Notes: generated by a model not told the origin, from the letters alone. DNA of 32,073 nucleotides from an uncultured bacterium (GCA_964609495.1 CAZSTA010000017.1:1-32073), one strand, 5' to 3'; counted from the stretch's first letter, positions 16,049-26,287 are shown. Numbers and translations are program-made.

Positions 16049-17161
16049 ATGAAAGTCCCGCTAGTCGATCTTAAAGCTCAGTATCACTCTTTTAAAGAGG
16101 AAATGGATAAAGCGATCTGGGGAGTGTTAGAGAGCACTAGGTTTATCTTGGGAGAAGAAGGAAAAGGGCTGGAGGAAGAGATCTCTGCCTTTTGCAACGC
16201 GAAATTTGCGGTAGGAGTTTCCTCAGGAACTGACGCCCTACTATTATCTCTAATCGCCTCTGGGATAGAGGCAGGAGATGAGGTTATCACTTCTCCATTT
16301 ACATTTGTCGCTACTACTGAGGTCATATCTCAATTGTCCGCCAAGCCGGTATTCGTAGATATCGATCCGAGAACATTCAATATAGCCACTTCCCTTATAA
16401 AAGAAAAGATATCGAATAGGACTAGGGCTATAATCCCTGTCCACCTCTTTGGACAGGTCGCCGATATGGATCCTATCTGGGATTTGGCGAGGGAGATAGA
16501 ATTAATAGTGATAGAGGATGCAGCTCAAGCCATCGGAGCTGAGTATAAAGGCGGTCGAGTGGGAAGTTATGGAGATAAGACGGATGCGACTTGCCTTAGC
16601 TTCTTCCCCAGCAAGAACCTAGGAGCTTATGGAGATGCGGGGATGGTAGTCACTGATAAGGAGGATTTGGCGGAGAAGGTGATGATGCTGAGAACCCATG
16701 GAAGCACTAGTAAATATTATTACTCCTGGATCGGATATAACAGCAGGCTCGATGAGCTACAGGCGGCTATCCTACGGGTCAAACTTAAAAGATTAGACGA
16801 ATGGATTAAAGCTAGGCGAAGAAATGCCCATCTATATAACGAGCTACTAGCTGAGGTAGAGGAAATAGTTACTCCTATCGAACTGAGTGGAAATAAGCAT
16901 ATCTATAACTATTATACCATTCGAGCGGAAAGACGCGATGAATTAAGGGATCATCTCAAGAGCAAGGAGATAGCGACCTCTATATACTATCCTCTGCCCC
17001 TTCATCTGCAAGAGGTATATAAATCTTTGGGACATAAAGAGGGAGATTTTCCCGTGGCAGAGAGAGCGGCGAAGGAGGTTTTATCCTTACCTATGTATCC
17101 AGAGCTGACTGAGGAACAGATAAAATTTGTGGCGGATTCTATAAAGGAATTCTACGGTTAA
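16049..17161 (+). CDS. DegT/DnrJ/EryC1/StrS PLP-dependent sugar aminotransferase (WbpE/WlbC-like)
   Basis: VSSGTDAL, PVHLFGQ, IEDAAQAIGA, SFFPSKNLGAYGDAG (PLP Lys), NSRLDELQAAIL, LSLPMYPEL. Confidence 0.95.
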   Translation: MKVPLVDLKAQYHSFKEEMDKAIWGVLESTRFILGEEGKGLEEEISAFCNAKFAVGVSSGTDALLLSLIASGIEAGDEVITSPFTFVATTEVISQLSAKPVFVDIDPRTFNIATSLIKEKISNRTRAIIPVHLFGQVADMDPIWDLAREIELIVIEDAAQAIGAEYKGGRVGSYGDKTDATCLSFFPSKNLGAYGDAGMVVTDKEDLAEKVMMLRTHGSTSKYYYSWIGYNSRLDELQAAILRVKLKRLDEWIKARRRNAHLYNELLAEVEEIVTPIELSGNKHIYNYYTIRAERRDELRDHLKSKEIATSIYYPLPLHLQEVYKSLGHKEGDFPVAERAAKEVLSLPMYPELTEEQIKFVADSIKEFYG

Positions 17162-17166
17162 AAGAG

Positions 17167-18840
17167 ATGAGATGGGAAACGATTTGCTTGCTCTCTCTTT
17201 TCTTTCTAGCGATCGTATTCTTAGAAGGAGGGAGTATTTTTGCCGAAGAATATAGCCAATCCTTAACTCTCATCTCCAGCGATGAGAAGTTAGCCCTCGG
17301 TGAGGCTCGAAGCTGGGAATTTCCTCCCGCCCGAGGAGATAGGACCTATGTGAAGATAAAAGCTAGAATCGACTACCTTCAAACCTCGATCTATATAGAT
17401 GATATAAGGCTCATTGAAGATCAGGATAAATTTCTTCTGATAGATGATTTCGAGGGTGAGAAGCTATCTCCAGATTGGAAGCATAATAGATATCAAGATA
17501 GGATAGCTCTGACTGACTCTTGGTCTTCTCAAGGAGAGAAATCCCTAGTTTGGACCTTCTTCGCTGAAGGTAAAGATCCCAATAGGTGGGAGGAGTTCAG
17601 AAAAATCGGATTGAACTTAGATCCATCTGCTTATGAGCGATTAACCTTCTCGATGAGAACCGAGGCCAAATTCAAAAATTACCTCCGAGTGGCTCTAGGA
17701 GATGGGGTAAGAGAGATAACTCTATTTTTAGCTCCTCCTTTCACTTCTCTGGACATAACGAAGGAATATGGCGATATCCAGATCTCGATCCCCTTGGATA
17801 GTTTCAGATATATAGAAACTCTGAAGAGTATAGAATATATAAGCATCTACGCTAGAGAGGAAGATTGGAAGGATTTCGATACTCTTCTCTCCGAAGTTTC
17901 TGCTGAAATAGATAGCTCCGAAGGTCTGAGAAGCTGTTCCGCTCTCCAGTTGTCCCTGAATAAACAATTGATAAAAAGTGGATTAGTCAGTAAAGCCCAT
18001 ATCACTAATTCCAAAGAGGGAATCTGGCCCCTGGTCTATGAGGCTCGATCTTCTCCAGCCGAAGATCTTTATACCCTTATCTTCGATATAACTGAAATGG
18101 TGAGCCGAGATAAGTCAAATCTACTGACGCTATCCAATCAAGGAGGAAGAAATAAAATTGATGGCATCCGTATGCCTATGGAGATCGAACGATTGGAGAT
18201 CGTGGATTGTTCTTTCTCCTCCGAGGAGATAAGGAAAGTGCTGAAGTTGAGTTCGGAGAGACTCTTTAACACTCAGAAGATCGAGATCGAGACCACTCCC
18301 TCCCCCTTTGGAAAGCCCGGGGGCTTCGGAGAGGTCAAGATAAGGATAACAAAGGGACAAGTGGAGACGCTTAAGATAGAGGAACTCCAAATATCCTTGA
18401 AGATGGTCTCCTTCGATCTAGTTCAGTTATGTGTAGAGCAAAGGATTAAACTTAAAGCGGTATTAGGCGTTCATATGAACTTCACGATAAGCGAAAGCGG
18501 ATTCGCTGAGTTCCTAAGCGAAGAGCTTGAAGAAGTCGAGGAATTAAAGACCGAGTTCATAGATGATAAGATAGTAGTTTCGGGATTTTGGGAGGGAATG
18601 GGGATCACCTCTAGGTTATTTTTGTCAGGGAATTTCGAGGTGACGGAAGGCTGTAAGATAAATATCGCCAATTACAGCCTTAAAGCAGGAAAGGTATATT
18701 TACCCAATGTGGTCACCAAGCCCCTCGCCAATCAAGTAAATCCTATATTAGACTTGAATAGCTTAAAGTTGCCCTTCCCCTTTAGATTAAAGGTCGCTAA
18801 AGTTGTAGGTAAATTTCTCATATTTTCGACTGAACTATAA
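17167..18840 (+). CDS. Secreted protein with a CBM-like beta-sandwich region and a C-terminal DUF2993/LmeA-like domain
   Basis: Signal peptide; IYIDDIRL, LIDDFEG, GEKSLVW, ISIPLDSF (CBM-like); C-terminal FTISESGFAEFL...IVVSG...VNPILDL (DUF2993-like). Confidence 0.55.
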   Translation: MRWETICLLSLFFLAIVFLEGGSIFAEEYSQSLTLISSDEKLALGEARSWEFPPARGDRTYVKIKARIDYLQTSIYIDDIRLIEDQDKFLLIDDFEGEKLSPDWKHNRYQDRIALTDSWSSQGEKSLVWTFFAEGKDPNRWEEFRKIGLNLDPSAYERLTFSMRTEAKFKNYLRVALGDGVREITLFLAPPFTSLDITKEYGDIQISIPLDSFRYIETLKSIEYISIYAREEDWKDFDTLLSEVSAEIDSSEGLRSCSALQLSLNKQLIKSGLVSKAHITNSKEGIWPLVYEARSSPAEDLYTLIFDITEMVSRDKSNLLTLSNQGGRNKIDGIRMPMEIERLEIVDCSFSSEEIRKVLKLSSERLFNTQKIEIETTPSPFGKPGGFGEVKIRITKGQVETLKIEELQISLKMVSFDLVQLCVEQRIKLKAVLGVHMNFTISESGFAEFLSEELEEVEELKTEFIDDKIVVSGFWEGMGITSRLFLSGNFEVTEGCKINIANYSLKAGKVYLPNVVTKPLANQVNPILDLNSLKLPFPFRLKVAKVVGKFLIFSTEL

Positions 18841-18849
18841 GAATTTAAA

Positions 18850-20547
18850 ATGATCATATTTAGTTACATCTTAGTAATAGTCATCTTCGCCCTTGGTATA
18901 GGAGTAGGAGTTGTCTCAATTGGACTTCTCTCTAACTTCGAGGGGATGGATCTCGCCTTTATCTATCTAATAAGCATAATTTCAGTAGTGATCTTCTGGT
19001 TTATAGTGAGGGAAGCTAGAAGAAAGGCTAGCTCCTTATCAGCTATGTATAGAAGTAATACCACCATCATAGCTGATCTCAGCTTCGACTTACTCTATCC
19101 TCATAATAAATTAGTCTTTATCGCCTTAATAGGAATTTTAAACGGGGCTGTCGCTTATATATGTTTTACTAGATATATAATCACCAACGGATTAATAGCC
19201 TTCTCAGCTTTTTTATTCTTTTTAATAACCGTGATCGTCTCCAACATCTCATTTAATTGGGGATTAAGCCTATTTCTCATAATAACCCCGATTTTAAATT
19301 TGACTAGATTCGCATTCGATTATAAATTGGGACCACTACCGATAACAGCCGAGACCGTGTTCATAGCGGCTCTTCTATTCGCTTATCTTGTTAGGAATCA
19401 CCCTTTAGAGGAGGGAAATTTAGCTGATCTTCCAAGCGACAATACCTTTATCTCGAGGCCATTATTGCCGATATCTCTATTACTAATCTCTGGAGTTATA
19501 TCCACCGTATTATCCGGGGATAGATCCTATAGCCTAGGGGTTCTATCCAAGGGAGTCATCGAACCTCTAATCCTCTTCTCCCTAGTAGTGGGGAGCGTTA
19601 AATCCAGAAGGAGTGTTGAGTTGATACTATACTCTCTATTTTTAGCCGCTATGCTTGGGGCTGGCTATGGCTTCTATAAACTGTTGGATTTCGGAGGAAT
19701 TAAAGCTCTCTCCTCCTTGGTGCACACTCAAACTGCCTTCAGCTCAGCCTATACTAACCCCAATATCTTTTCCGAAGTTCTGGTGCTACTGCTACCTCTA
19801 GCGATAGCTCTCACTTTTTCCTCGTCTAGGTCGCTACTTAGGAGGGCTTATGTCCTTATCGCCTCCCTAACTATGTTAGCCGCCTTATCCCTAACTTATA
19901 CCCGAGGAGCCTGGCTGGGATTTGCGATCTCGCTTCTGATCCTACTTCTTAATAGGAGAGTGAGGATATTTTTTCTCCTGATCGCTCCGATAATAGTTAT
20001 AATCTTCATAGTTAAACCTGAGTTATTTCGCACCTTCCTATCATTCTTCAATCTTAAGCTTCGCTCCTCTCAATTGACGGAAACGGTCTCTTATGAGGAG
20101 AGATTGAACGTCTGGAAGAGTGCATTAGTAATGATGAGGTTTTATCCCTGGGGAATCGGCTCAGGGATGTTCAGATATTTTTATCCCAAGTTTATGTTTC
20201 CTTACTCCAGACGCGCTTTAGATGCCGCTCATAGCCTATCCCTCCACACCGGGGTAGAGATGGGTTGGTTGGGGATGATATCCCTCATCTGGATAATGAT
20301 AATCTTTTTATATAGGTCCGTTATCTTATATATCAAATCGCCCGTAATGCGAGAAATAGGATTGGGTATGATCGCAAGTTTAATCGGCTTTATCGTCTTT
20401 ACTCACACTACTGGAGCTCAATTTATTCAGCGAGCTTATATTAACTCTCCTATCCTATTCTTCTGGGTCATAGGAGGATTAATCATTAATCTATTGAGGG
20501 AGCAAGCTCCTCCTAAATTGAACGAGAAGGGAGAGTTTCTAACTTGA
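18850..20547 (+). CDS. O-antigen ligase (Wzy_C/WaaL) family membrane protein
   Basis: Many TM helices; NPN, LTYTRGAWLG, ERLNVW...PWGIGSG, AHSLSL...EMGWLG. Confidence 0.9.
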   Translation: MIIFSYILVIVIFALGIGVGVVSIGLLSNFEGMDLAFIYLISIISVVIFWFIVREARRKASSLSAMYRSNTTIIADLSFDLLYPHNKLVFIALIGILNGAVAYICFTRYIITNGLIAFSAFLFFLITVIVSNISFNWGLSLFLIITPILNLTRFAFDYKLGPLPITAETVFIAALLFAYLVRNHPLEEGNLADLPSDNTFISRPLLPISLLLISGVISTVLSGDRSYSLGVLSKGVIEPLILFSLVVGSVKSRRSVELILYSLFLAAMLGAGYGFYKLLDFGGIKALSSLVHTQTAFSSAYTNPNIFSEVLVLLLPLAIALTFSSSRSLLRRAYVLIASLTMLAALSLTYTRGAWLGFAISLLILLLNRRVRIFFLLIAPIIVIIFIVKPELFRTFLSFFNLKLRSSQLTETVSYEERLNVWKSALVMMRFYPWGIGSGMFRYFYPKFMFPYSRRALDAAHSLSLHTGVEMGWLGMISLIWIMIIFLYRSVILYIKSPVMREIGLGMIASLIGFIVFTHTTGAQFIQRAYINSPILFFWVIGGLIINLLREQAPPKLNEKGEFLT

Positions 20548-23150
20548 GGTCGAGAGCTATTCTAGGATTCATTTCCTTTGGGGAAAGAATCTTTCCCTCA
20601 ACCCTTTCTATATTAATAGCGCTTCTATTTATCTTCGGAAGAGAGGCGATAATCTATAGCAAAGAGATAACGACCGACTATTATCGGGTTGAGGTGGATG
20701 AGAGGGGCGATTTCAAAATATTTTCTCTAACAGGACAAGAACTACTCCCCAGTTTTCCGCTCTTTTTCGCTGATTATAAGAGTGGCAAGATAGGAGGAGA
20801 GATCGACAAAATAGCTGTTCAACAGCATAGAGATAAAATGAACATCGTCGGTCAGAAGGAATTAGACGAGGTCTATATCACTATCACCTTGACCTTACAC
20901 CCTCATGAGCCTTATATAGATGTTGATATCGCCCTTAACTATAAAGAGAGATTGGATGTCAACTATGAATGGCTAGAATTTCCTCTCTCCACCTCCCAAG
21001 CCAAGATCCTTCGCCGTGATCAGCGATATGAAACCCTTGATAATAACAAAGTTTACATAAATGATAAATGGACTCCCAAAGTTATTATTTTTAACTCCGA
21101 ATGGGGAGAGAATCCTTCCCTCAACCCTTTCTATATTAATGAGGAGGCGATAGTTTTCTTTGGCAGAGATAACACTCAAGCGATGAAGGTATATCCCTCG
21201 CCTCCTTATACTATCGTTCGCTTCGTTCTCGATGATGTAGTAACTCATCCTCACTACTATTACTTCATATATAATGATTATAATTCTAGGATAGACTTGA
21301 GTTCGACCTATCGTCCTCAATATAGCTCCGCCAATTATCATATATCCTTTGCTATAGGCAGAGAGGAGAGGATCCTAAGAAAGGAGAGACAACCCCTCGG
21401 ATATGAAGCCACCCTGATCTTCAGCGAGCATGCTGAGGGACAAGATGTCGATACCGGCGAGGCTATCGCCTATGGCAGTTCGGATAGGAACTCTCCTGAT
21501 TATGGAAAGAAGGGTATAGTTGGTCACGGATTGACCTTCACCAGATCAATCTGGGCTGAGAGTTCCTCCGCTTACAACTCCACCATGGGATTGGATAACC
21601 CAAAGTTTCGAGAACTTACGGATCGTATGTATCGTGATGGAGTGGAGATCATACCTCATACTATCACCAATCTGAGCGATAATCGAAAGAAGGTGATAGA
21701 AGGTTTGAGAAAGTTCGAGGCTTATTCCTCTGATAACTGGATAGATCATGCGGGAGCGCGTAATTATGAGGATCTTGTGAACTCTGGCTGGAAGCGACAT
21801 AGCCCTTATTATATCCTAGATTTACTTGATAAGTTCGATTATAATCTTGCTTGGAGCTATATAGATCTCAACGAGAATTATAAACCTCCCAGAGAGGAAG
21901 AACATTGGTCAGTTCCTCTTGGGGAGATCAATATGTTAGTTCCCGATCGGACAGATCAAATACAACCTATATTATTTTATAACAACCGCCTCGATGATGA
22001 TATCAGCGATGATAAGAAGATATACCTCTGGACCACCATTTCCTTCTGGAGGGGGATTACCCTAAGCGACTACTATTCTCCCTTTCAGATAGATAAGCTT
22101 ATCAGCGAACGAGGGCTAAATATATCCCATCATTACTTTGCTGGACAGAAGATTCACTCCTGGTTTATCGATTATCTTGTGAAGAGAAGCGATGGAGGAT
22201 GGGATATCTCTCCGACCTTCGATAATTATTTAAGCTATATGGCTGATAAAGAGCGAGAAGGACGATTATGGGTCCCGACTCTATCTCAGTGGGCTAATTA
22301 TCTATTAGCCACTGACGAGGTTGATATCATCCCTACTCTCGATGAGGAATTCATAATCCGCAATGAGGGAGATAAGAATATCTTGGGTTTCGCCCTCTCA
22401 ACTGAGCTTCAGGGGATCAATGCTATTTACCTAGATGGCACGATTTTGAATGACTTCAAGAGAGTTGGAGATGATCTTATCTTCTGGTTCGATTTATCTG
22501 CGAAAGAGGAAAGGAGGATCTTCTTCGAGTCGGTATCCGAATATCCTAATACTCATATAATCGACTTTACGCAGAATGACGAAGAAGTAAAGATAAGTTG
22601 GATGGGAGTGGATAATAAGGGAAGAATCTTCCCCTTGACCCCTTCTATATTAAATAAGGCTCATTCTCAATTGGAATATTCCTTCAAGCTAAACGATGAG
22701 TTATGGTCTAGCTATTCCTCCCAAACGAGCATTATCTATAAGCAATTGGAAAAGGGTGAATATACCTTCTATGTTAGGGCTAGAAACGGTGAGGGAAAAG
22801 TTGATCCTATACCAGCTACTTTAAAGTTCGAGATCGACTATGAGGAACAAGAGCAACCCTTTGGGGTAATGAAACTTATGAATCTTCCCAATCCCTTCTC
22901 AGATGAGGTTATGATATATTACAATTTGAGCGGGGATGCGGATAGGGTTACCACAACTGTCTATAGTATAGCTGGGGAATTAATATTCCAAGATGAGACT
23001 CCGACCTCCTCAGGAGATAACTACTACTATTGGGATGGGAGAGATGAAACAGGGGAGGACATCGCTAATGGCATCTATATATGTGTTTTAGAGGCCTCTA
23101 AGGATGAAGAAAAGATAAGAATGGTCTCGAAGATGGCTAAGATCAAATGA
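20544..23150 (+). CDS. Large secreted protein: putative carbohydrate-active (deacetylase-like) core, Y_Y_Y/Ig-like domain, FlgD_ig/T9SS-type-A-like C-terminal domain
   Basis: EHA, EIIPHT, WIDH and HHYF His motifs; YSFKL...W...YKQLEKGEYTFYVRARN; NLPNPFS...YSIAGELI...WDGRDETG...NGIYI. TTG start. Confidence 0.65.
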   Translation: MRSRAILGFISFGERIFPSTLSILIALLFIFGREAIIYSKEITTDYYRVEVDERGDFKIFSLTGQELLPSFPLFFADYKSGKIGGEIDKIAVQQHRDKMNIVGQKELDEVYITITLTLHPHEPYIDVDIALNYKERLDVNYEWLEFPLSTSQAKILRRDQRYETLDNNKVYINDKWTPKVIIFNSEWGENPSLNPFYINEEAIVFFGRDNTQAMKVYPSPPYTIVRFVLDDVVTHPHYYYFIYNDYNSRIDLSSTYRPQYSSANYHISFAIGREERILRKERQPLGYEATLIFSEHAEGQDVDTGEAIAYGSSDRNSPDYGKKGIVGHGLTFTRSIWAESSSAYNSTMGLDNPKFRELTDRMYRDGVEIIPHTITNLSDNRKKVIEGLRKFEAYSSDNWIDHAGARNYEDLVNSGWKRHSPYYILDLLDKFDYNLAWSYIDLNENYKPPREEEHWSVPLGEINMLVPDRTDQIQPILFYNNRLDDDISDDKKIYLWTTISFWRGITLSDYYSPFQIDKLISERGLNISHHYFAGQKIHSWFIDYLVKRSDGGWDISPTFDNYLSYMADKEREGRLWVPTLSQWANYLLATDEVDIIPTLDEEFIIRNEGDKNILGFALSTELQGINAIYLDGTILNDFKRVGDDLIFWFDLSAKEERRIFFESVSEYPNTHIIDFTQNDEEVKISWMGVDNKGRIFPLTPSILNKAHSQLEYSFKLNDELWSSYSSQTSIIYKQLEKGEYTFYVRARNGEGKVDPIPATLKFEIDYEEQEQPFGVMKLMNLPNPFSDEVMIYYNLSGDADRVTTTVYSIAGELIFQDETPTSSGDNYYYWDGRDETGEDIANGIYICVLEASKDEEKIRMVSKMAKIK
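20579..20618 (+). repeat. ~39 bp hairpin repeat, intragenic copy B
   Basis: TGGGGAAAGAATCTTTCCCTCAACCCTTTCTATATTAATA; encodes GERIFPSTLSILI. Confidence 0.9.
21102..21140 (+). repeat. ~39 bp hairpin repeat, intragenic copy C
   Basis: TGGGGAGAGAATCCTTCCCTCAACCCTTTCTATATTAAT, 37/39 to copy B; read in a different frame (WGENPSLNPFYIN). Confidence 0.9.
22617..22655 (+). repeat. ~39 bp hairpin repeat, diverged intragenic copy D
   Basis: AAGGGAAGAATCTTCCCCTTGACCCCTTCTATATTAAAT; encodes KGRIFPLTPSILN; AATAAGG occurs at both junctions. Confidence 0.8.
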
Positions 23151-23180
23151 TAACTTATCATTTACAGAAGCAGGTTCAAA

Positions 23181-24281
23181 ATGAGGATATGTTATATAGC
23201 TAATGCAGGAGTTATCCATACTCAGAGATGGCTGAAGTTCTTCTCATCCGCTGGCCATGACATCCATCTCATAACCGATAACTATAATCCGATAGAAGGC
23301 GTTAAGATATATGATATGAGATTCAGAAATAGATATAAATCGATTCGCTATCTTCATGAGAAGTTCCTCCCCTATCGCGTGAGAGTGGTAAAGAGATTGA
23401 TAGATGAGATCGAACCCGATATAGTTCATGCTCACTATGTCGCCAAATATGGATATCGGGGAGCATTATCGGGCTTTCATCCCCTAGTTCTGACGGCCTG
23501 GGGATCAGATATCTATCTCAACGCTGGACAGAGCTTCCTTAGTAACCGCCTTACAATTTATTCTCTTACTAAAGCAGACCTTATAACGGGTGATTCCAAG
23601 GATCTTCTCCGAGCTATGAGAAAGTTATCCGCTTCCGAAGATAAGCTGGTGGAGGTTCAATGGGGAGTGGAATTAGATTGGTTCGATTCTGTGGAGAAGA
23701 CGAATTGGAAGAGAGAATTGGGATGGGATGATGACCCGGTAGTTATCAGCACTCGCTCCTTCAAACATTTCTATAATATAGATGTGCTATTAAAGGCAGT
23801 CCCTCTTGTCCTTAAAGAGTTCGCAAACGCCAAGTTTCTGATATTAGGGAGTGGCCCTTTGGAAGGAGAACTAAAGCAAGAAGCCGAGAATTTAAACCTA
23901 AGGGATTCCGTCCGATTCCTCGGAGCGATTCCTTATGAGAAGGTTCCAGTGTATCTCAAGGATTCGCAGGTATTTATCTCGATCCCCTCCTGGGATGGAA
24001 CCTCGGCCTCCTTATTAGAGGCGATGTCCGCTCGCCTGCCCGTCATTGTTACCGACCTTCCCACTAATAGAGAATGGATCGAGGAGGGAGTTAATGGACA
24101 CCTAGTTCCGATAAGAGATGAGAAGAGGCTAGCTGAGGCGATAGTTCATCTTTTGAAAGATAAAGCCTCTTGTCTCGACTGGGGCAAAAGGAATAGGGAT
24201 ATAATAGAGGAGAGGGCAGATCATAAGCGTGAGATGAGGAAGATGGAGGCTTTATATAAATCGCTTATAAGGGAGAAATGA
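23181..24281 (+). CDS. Glycosyltransferase family 4
   Basis: IHTQRW, PDIVHAHY, LTAWGSDI, DGTSASLLEAMSARLPVI. Confidence 0.92.
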   Translation: MRICYIANAGVIHTQRWLKFFSSAGHDIHLITDNYNPIEGVKIYDMRFRNRYKSIRYLHEKFLPYRVRVVKRLIDEIEPDIVHAHYVAKYGYRGALSGFHPLVLTAWGSDIYLNAGQSFLSNRLTIYSLTKADLITGDSKDLLRAMRKLSASEDKLVEVQWGVELDWFDSVEKTNWKRELGWDDDPVVISTRSFKHFYNIDVLLKAVPLVLKEFANAKFLILGSGPLEGELKQEAENLNLRDSVRFLGAIPYEKVPVYLKDSQVFISIPSWDGTSASLLEAMSARLPVIVTDLPTNREWIEEGVNGHLVPIRDEKRLAEAIVHLLKDKASCLDWGKRNRDIIEERADHKREMRKMEALYKSLIREK

Positions 24282-24282
24282 T

Positions 24283-25464
24283 ATGAAATATATCCTGTTG
24301 GTAGGAGATGGAATGGCAGATCGCCCCATAGAGGAGTTAGGTGGCAAAACACCTCTGGAGGTAGCTCGCACTCCCAATATGGATTTTCTCGCTAGAGAGG
24401 GGATAGTAGGGAAGGCTAGAACGATCCCGGAGGGGATGCCGGCCGGGAGTACCGTTGCTACTTTAAGTCTTCTGGGATACGATCCTAGAGTATATCTCAT
24501 CGGGAGAGGTCCTTTAGAAGCCGCTAGTCGAGGGATAGAATTAAGGGATGGAGAGATAGCCTTTCGCTGTAATCTGGTTACCGTAGGCGAGAAGGAGATG
24601 ATCGATTACTCTGCGGGACATATCTCCAGCGAAGAGGCTTTAGTTCTAATGGAGTATATAGATGACAATCTGGGAGGTGATGATCTTCACTTCTACCCTG
24701 GGGTAAGTTACCGTCATCTGATGATAACTCAAGGCGAGTTATCCGCATTAGAATGCACTCCTCCCCATGACATAATGGGGGAGAATTTTGAGACCCATCT
24801 ACCCAAAGGAGAAGGAGAGGAATTTATACGCCACCTGTTATATAAATCTAAAGATCTACTAGCCGAACATAAGATAAATCAGGAGAGGGTAAAGAGAGGT
24901 AAAAATCCTGCCAATATGATCTGGGCTTGGGAGCAGGGGAAAAAACCTGTTATGCCCACCCTTAAAGATAGATATAATATCTCTGGGGCGGTCATCTCTG
25001 CGGTCGATCTAATCCGAGGGATAGGTTACTATGCCGGGCTAGATATAATAGAAGTTCCAGGAGCCACTGGATATATAGATACTAACTACGAGGGAAAAGT
25101 CGAATATGCTCTTCGCCTCTTGGATAATAACGATTTCATCTTCGTTCATGTGGAAGCTCCCGATGAGGCTGGACATGCTGGCGATGTCGATCTGAAGATC
25201 GAGACGATAGAGGATTTCGACACTCGTTTAGTGGGAGGGATATTGAGGGGATTAGAGGGAAAGAGGGATTATAAGATCTTATTATTGCCCGATCATTTCA
25301 CTCCTCTGTCTATAAGAACCCATTCACCCGAGCCAGTTCCTTTCTTGATCTATTCCCCTGATGGTGAGCATAATAACGTTAGAACCTTCTCAGAGAAAGC
25401 TGCTGAGGAAGGAGATATATATTTAGAGGAAGGATCGAAACTGATCGATAATTTCATAACTTGA
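24283..25464 (+). CDS. apgM: Cofactor-independent phosphoglycerate mutase, archaeal type (the 'proposed homoserine kinase' subfamily)
   Basis: GDGMAD, KTPLEVARTPNMD, GSTVA, GRGPLEA, AFRCNLV, HVEAPDEAGH, PDHFTP. Confidence 0.9.
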   Translation: MKYILLVGDGMADRPIEELGGKTPLEVARTPNMDFLAREGIVGKARTIPEGMPAGSTVATLSLLGYDPRVYLIGRGPLEAASRGIELRDGEIAFRCNLVTVGEKEMIDYSAGHISSEEALVLMEYIDDNLGGDDLHFYPGVSYRHLMITQGELSALECTPPHDIMGENFETHLPKGEGEEFIRHLLYKSKDLLAEHKINQERVKRGKNPANMIWAWEQGKKPVMPTLKDRYNISGAVISAVDLIRGIGYYAGLDIIEVPGATGYIDTNYEGKVEYALRLLDNNDFIFVHVEAPDEAGHAGDVDLKIETIEDFDTRLVGGILRGLEGKRDYKILLLPDHFTPLSIRTHSPEPVPFLIYSPDGEHNNVRTFSEKAAEEGDIYLEEGSKLIDNFIT

Positions 25465-25489
25465 TTTTATTCTCTTTATATGCTATTAT
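25461..25489 (+). promoter_or_regulatory. Putative sigma70 promoter upstream of the HTH gene, lysC and asd
   Basis: TTGATT, 17 bp spacer, TGnTATTAT. Confidence 0.45.
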
Positions 25490-25513
25490 ATAGGTAATAG
25501 CATATAAAGAGAG

Positions 25514-26287
25514 GTGAGACGGGTGTCAGATGAGGATTATAACCTTACCCTTGAGGAAGCCGCCCAGACATTAGGACTTGCCAAAGGAACGGTATGGCGT
25601 TATACTAAAGTAGGAAAATTATCCAAGATATATGTGAAGGATAGAGGAAGGCGCTTAATAAAAGTTAAGGAAGAGGAAGTGAGAAAGTTAGAAGCCGATA
25701 TGGAGAGAAAAACGGAAGCAGAAGGGTTACCTCCTCCTAAGCTTCGGCAGAAGAGTGAGGAGAAGAATGAGGAAATAAGCGAATTCTTAGTTAAACGGCA
25801 TGAGAAAGCTATATATAAGATCGGGCGGTTGGAGGAGAGATTGGGTAAATTAGAGGGGGAGAGAAAAAAGCTTATAAAGATAAGGACCAAAGCTTGGCAA
25901 TGGTTGGATAAGAAGGCCAAGCTGGAGACGGAAACCAAAAATTTAGAAGATGCTCTGAAGTCGGAAAGAGAGAAAAGGGATGATTTCAAGCGGAAAATGG
26001 GACTTGTAAAAGAGCGGATTAGCGAACTAGGAGAGGAGAATAAAATCCTAAGTGATGATCTAAAGTTGGAGAAGGAGAGAAGAGTCAAACTTGAAGCTGA
26101 AAATCAGATGTTAGATATTGAGTTGAAGAAGGAGAGAGGTAAAAGGGAGAGGCTGGAGGTCGATCTTGAGATACTAAAAGGGCAGATTGAAGACCTATAT
26201 AATTTGGCTGATATTAAGTTTACTGAGTTTATAAAGGCGAAATTGGGAAGGATAATAAGGAGAAAGAGAAGAAAATCCGATACCTAG
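25514..26287 (+). CDS. Excisionase/MerR-type HTH protein with a long coiled coil
   Basis: [34 protein letters not shown] followed by ~130 aa of heptad pattern. Confidence 0.75.
   Translation: MRRVSDEDYNLTLEEAAQTLGLAKGTVWRYTKVGKLSKIYVKDRGRRLIKVKEEEVRKLEADMERKTEAEGLPPPKLRQKSEEKNEEISEFLVKRHEKAIYKIGRLEERLGKLEGERKKLIKIRTKAWQWLDKKAKLETETKNLEDALKSEREKRDDFKRKMGLVKERISELGEENKILSDDLKLEKERRVKLEAENQMLDIELKKERGKRERLEVDLEILKGQIEDLYNLADIKFTEFIKAKLGRIIRRKRRKSDT

Noticed and set aside
15977-22655. The 39 bp repeats as a CRISPR array
   Set aside because: Spacing is irregular (0.5-4.6 kb), three copies are intragenic, and no cas genes are present.
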